Positions 60,529-64,000 of a DNA stretch of 64,000 nt are shown piece by piece (position 1 is the stretch's first letter; every line of letters begins with the position of its first letter). The position numbers were made by a program, and so were the translations under genes. This stretch comes from Paraspadella gotoi (taxonomy: Eukaryota; Animalia; Chaetognatha): assembly GCA_051294375.1 (NCBI GenBank), contig CM119267.1, positions 18,144,992 to 18,208,991 on the forward strand, given 5' to 3'. The notes beneath the pieces are model-generated. The model had not been told where the DNA came from. It ran no database searches and worked only from the letters and a program-made list of their open reading frames with translations.

Positions 60529-61844
60529 AGGAAGCAGAGGAAGACATGGCTATACTCAAGCCTCGTATCAGCGCAGCGTCCGGAGCAGCCGCGCGCGGCA
60601 GAGCGGCTGCTCCTGCCTTCGACTTACTTCGCTCGACTCTTCTTACTCCTCTTCTCTTCTTCTCCTTATCTCCCGGATCCGCGCGGCTGCAAAGTCGATC
60701 CGATCGGAGCTGCAGCGGCGAACTTAATCTTTTCTCTCTCTCTTACCCTCGTCACCGCCGAGGCTCTTCTCTCTGCCTCGAGCGGATCGATTATGGGTTC
60801 GCGCGGATCCGGGAGTCTTTTTTTGAAAAAAGAAGAAAAAAGAAAGAAAGAAAAAAGAATGAAAAAAATATTACAAAATTGAAACAATAAAATAAACAAT
60901 GAACAAAAAATAAATAAGGAAAGTATAAGAAACGGGTGAAAATTATGAGGAATATTTAACAGAAAATAAATAACGAGTGAAAAATTTGCTATATGTTCCT
61001 TTTTTTAATTTTAAGATTTTGAGCTAAAAATAATAATATTTCTAAAAAGATATAAATCTAACAATAATGATTAAATATGCTGAAAACAATTGAAAATATG
61101 ATCAAGATAAAAATGATCGCAAATAAGATTATATATATAATTTGCATTTTTGTTACGCGGGACGTATGAAGAGTAAATAGTAGCAAAATTTTTAAATCAA
61201 GTAGAATCAAAATTCGAGCTTGCACTGTGAATATTCTTAAATTAAAAAAAAAATTGTATTTTCAATTTTAAAATATATAACTGGCAAGCTTCCTATGGGA
61301 CGGGTGAAAATATCTTTACAAACCTGGGAATTTTACCTTAGTACCAAAATAAGAGATTTGAGATAGAACGTTTTTTTGTCTACAAAGCCAAAAGGTTCGT
61401 AATAAAAACCGGGTTACTCCAATATGCAAATGAGATTAACGTTTCACAGTAATATTAAAATTTAATAAAAACTTATTAATCTATATAAAAATTTCAATAA
61501 ATATAATAAATCAAATAAAAAGCATTATATATAGTTTGATCAGAAGATAGGATAAAAAATAATATTATGCACTAAAAGCATATGAAAATACTATTGCACT
61601 AAAGTTTCTTGTAACTAAATCTTGAAAAATAGTAGACAGTGAAGCAATGACAAAAGCTATTGAGACGGAGAGAGATACAGTTCAATCAGTTTTTTGTTTT
61701 GCTCACAACCATTTGGTACTGTTTACTTGAATCATATCAAAATACTTTAATAGCAAGGATTCCTGCCTCTCCTGACGAAAAAAAAAAATAGAGGCGAAAT
61801 AAACAACTAATTATATACAAACAAAGGAACAAACGAGTCCAACT

Positions 61845-64000
61845 ATGGCCATCGTCACTCTGGCGTCTCTCCTCTTTTTCGTCTCTCTCAGCGTCGTCGA
61901 TGTCGTCACCGACTTCCGAACGATGACGACCTACGTTTCTCGATCTTTCGACGCCGCACGAATCATTGGCGCCACCATCGGCTTCGTTCTGGCGTCGCAA
62001 GGCGTCGTTTCTTGCGTCTACGCCTGGCGCCGAATGAGCGCCAACGCGGCGTCGTTTCCGCGCCTCTGGAAGAGCGCCGGAAGGCGAGCGGCGACGCTGG
62101 CGCTCTGCTTGATGGGTCTGGGCGTCGTCCCTTTGGCCGTCGACAACTTCTTGGACGATCGCGGCCGAAGTTCGTCGACATGCTCCAAGAGATCCACCCT
62201 CCGCGGCCTCGAGCTCCTCCACCTGCTCCTCGAGTCTTTCCCGCAGCTGCTCGTCCAGTCGGCGGCTATCGTGCTCGACGCCACCAGCGGAACCTCGAGC
62301 CAATGTTTCCCTGTCAGTTTGAGCGAGATCGACTACATCCCAAAAAACAGCGTCGACAACAGCAGCAGCCGCGAAGACGGGTCGTTCGATGGAGTCCTTC
62401 ACGAGTTCACAATCAACGCGACATTGAATGCGACGGATCGATCTTGCAAATGCTTGAGAACTCCGTCGCTTTCCTACGCTTTTATCTCGGGCTACGAAAT
62501 CTATTGCAGGTGATCATGAAATTAGATAATTTAATCGGCTGTGAGAATAAACTAGACTGACTCAGTTTGAGAGAGTCTTGATCAAAAGCTTGAATGGTCT
62601 CGCTATGTTATTAACTTATAAGAGGGATGGAGGCCTTCACCCAGGCATAATTAATGGATAATTTTTATATTGGTTGAACGAATTTCATAAGCATATATAA
62701 CATTTTATAATTTTAATCTAATTGACTAATAATTAGTAATATTAGTAATTAGTAATTAGTAATTAGTAATATCACAGATGGCCGATGGAAAATCTTTGGA
62801 CGGTCTTCTCCTTTGCTCTATCGACGACCAGCTTGGCGGTGACGGCGTCAAAATTTCGCGAAGACGGAAACGTCGGGTTCCAAAGCGGACGCAACGCCGT
62901 CCACCCGAGCGGCCCGTCTACCGTAGCGCGACGGCTCTGCGGAATTCTCCACGGCATCGGCGGCGCCACCGCTTATCTCTACTTTGTCCTGATGGAGGCA
63001 CTCAAGATGAACCCTTGGTTCGTCGCAACGACGCCGCTGGTGCTGTTAAGGGTCTTCACCATCGCGGAGTTGAAGGAGCTCGTCCGGAGTCTTCACCGAC
63101 GACCGACGCCGCAAAGGAGGTGTGCCGCGACGGAATCGTCCTTCGGTCAACTTCTCCTGATGACCTCCTGGAGCTTCTTCGTCGCTTCCATCTTTTTCAA
63201 CGTCGAAAAACACGTGGAGATCAGTCAGCACTTTTCCGAGATGAATCGACTTTTGCTTTTGGCGAAACTGAAATCAGACGCGAGTCCTCGACTTTCCTTC
63301 TTCGCTCGGATTGGCCATCCGTTGGAAGAAGGGAAGCTCAACACGTCGGCTTGTATGAGGACGGACGGATTGATCGACGTGGGTCGCTGGAGCGGCATCG
63401 ATATGCGGGGGAAGGGATGGAGTAGTTGGATTCGGTCGTGTCCCGAAAACTCAACGGGATTCTTAGCGTATCCTTTCGTTGTCATGAAACTGGGAAATTA
63501 CTTGATCTTGGATCCTCGTTACACGTCGACGCTCTTGATCTTTCTCTGCGATCTTTGCCTGAGTCTCTCGCTAGTCGGGACCAAGTGTTTAGAAAGGCGA
63601 ATAAATAAGGATCTTTTTCGATTTCTGGCCGCCGCATCGGCGATGGCGCTAGTAGTCGTTGTCAACCTATACATCGCGACGTCTCACGAAAGACTGAGCG
63701 ATAGTTTGGCGCCGTATCGTTGCGGACGCTTCGGAAAGCGAAAGGATCTCCACGTCGTGACCTACGTGTCGGACATCAGCTGCTACATCGACGAATCGGC
63801 TCACCGAAGCCTCATCGATTCCAAGTGGAGAGTCTACAGATCTTTTGTTCTCTTCTCCAATCTCTCGTTCACTTTCCTCGCCTGGTATTTCGCTTTTTTC
63901 TTCTTACAGGCGTTCCCCCGTGGAGTCAAGCGGAGTTGCGGCAAGAAATATCCCGTCGTCCTTGGAATTTGCGGCACGACCGCCGGAGTCCTTCCCTTCG
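61845..64000 (+). CDS. XK-related polytopic membrane protein (copy 2, intact frame, truncated by the window end)
   Basis: Exon 1 61845-62509 (MAIVTLASLLFFVSLSVVDVVTDF...LLHLLLESFPQLLVQSAAIVL...YC), exon 2 from 62778 (RWPMENLWTVFSFALSTTSLAVTASKF...) open to 64000 by manual translation. Confidence 0.8.

Larger units (their letters stand above)
59598..64000. repeat. Second copy of ~45914-49020 (NME8-like last exon + XK-related gene), interrupted at 60335-61755
   Basis: Colinear near-identity starting right after a 25-N gap. Confidence 0.9.

Overview
Eukaryotic (animal, probably invertebrate) genomic DNA with GC-rich exons, AT-rich introns and many (AG)n microsatellites; most of the supplied ORFs are microsatellite noise. 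Spliced genes reconstructed by hand: STARD3/MLN64 (minus, 7 exons), a tandem pair of unassigned four-TM genes (present twice), an LRR-Ig-TM receptor (minus, 8 exons), and a thioredoxin + 3xNDK gene (NME8/NME9, dynein IC1 type, minus). That last gene hosts two antisense nested genes (an XK-related membrane protein and a UMP-CMP/adenylate-type kinase), a ~760 bp non-autonomous LTR element whose LTRs contain a tRNA-like Pol III promoter, and two MITEs. Other mobile DNA includes a polymorphic hAT-type MITE with an 8-bp TSD, a Helentron-associated element carrying minisatellites, and a 100-bp hairpin. The assembly is noisy: three large near-identical duplications abut 25-N gaps, many indels look like uncorrected long-read errors, and a degenerate PacBio adapter sits at the centre of a 2.4-kb inverted repeat. 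Frameshifts and copy numbers should therefore not be taken at face value. All calls come from reading the sequence; no searches were run.
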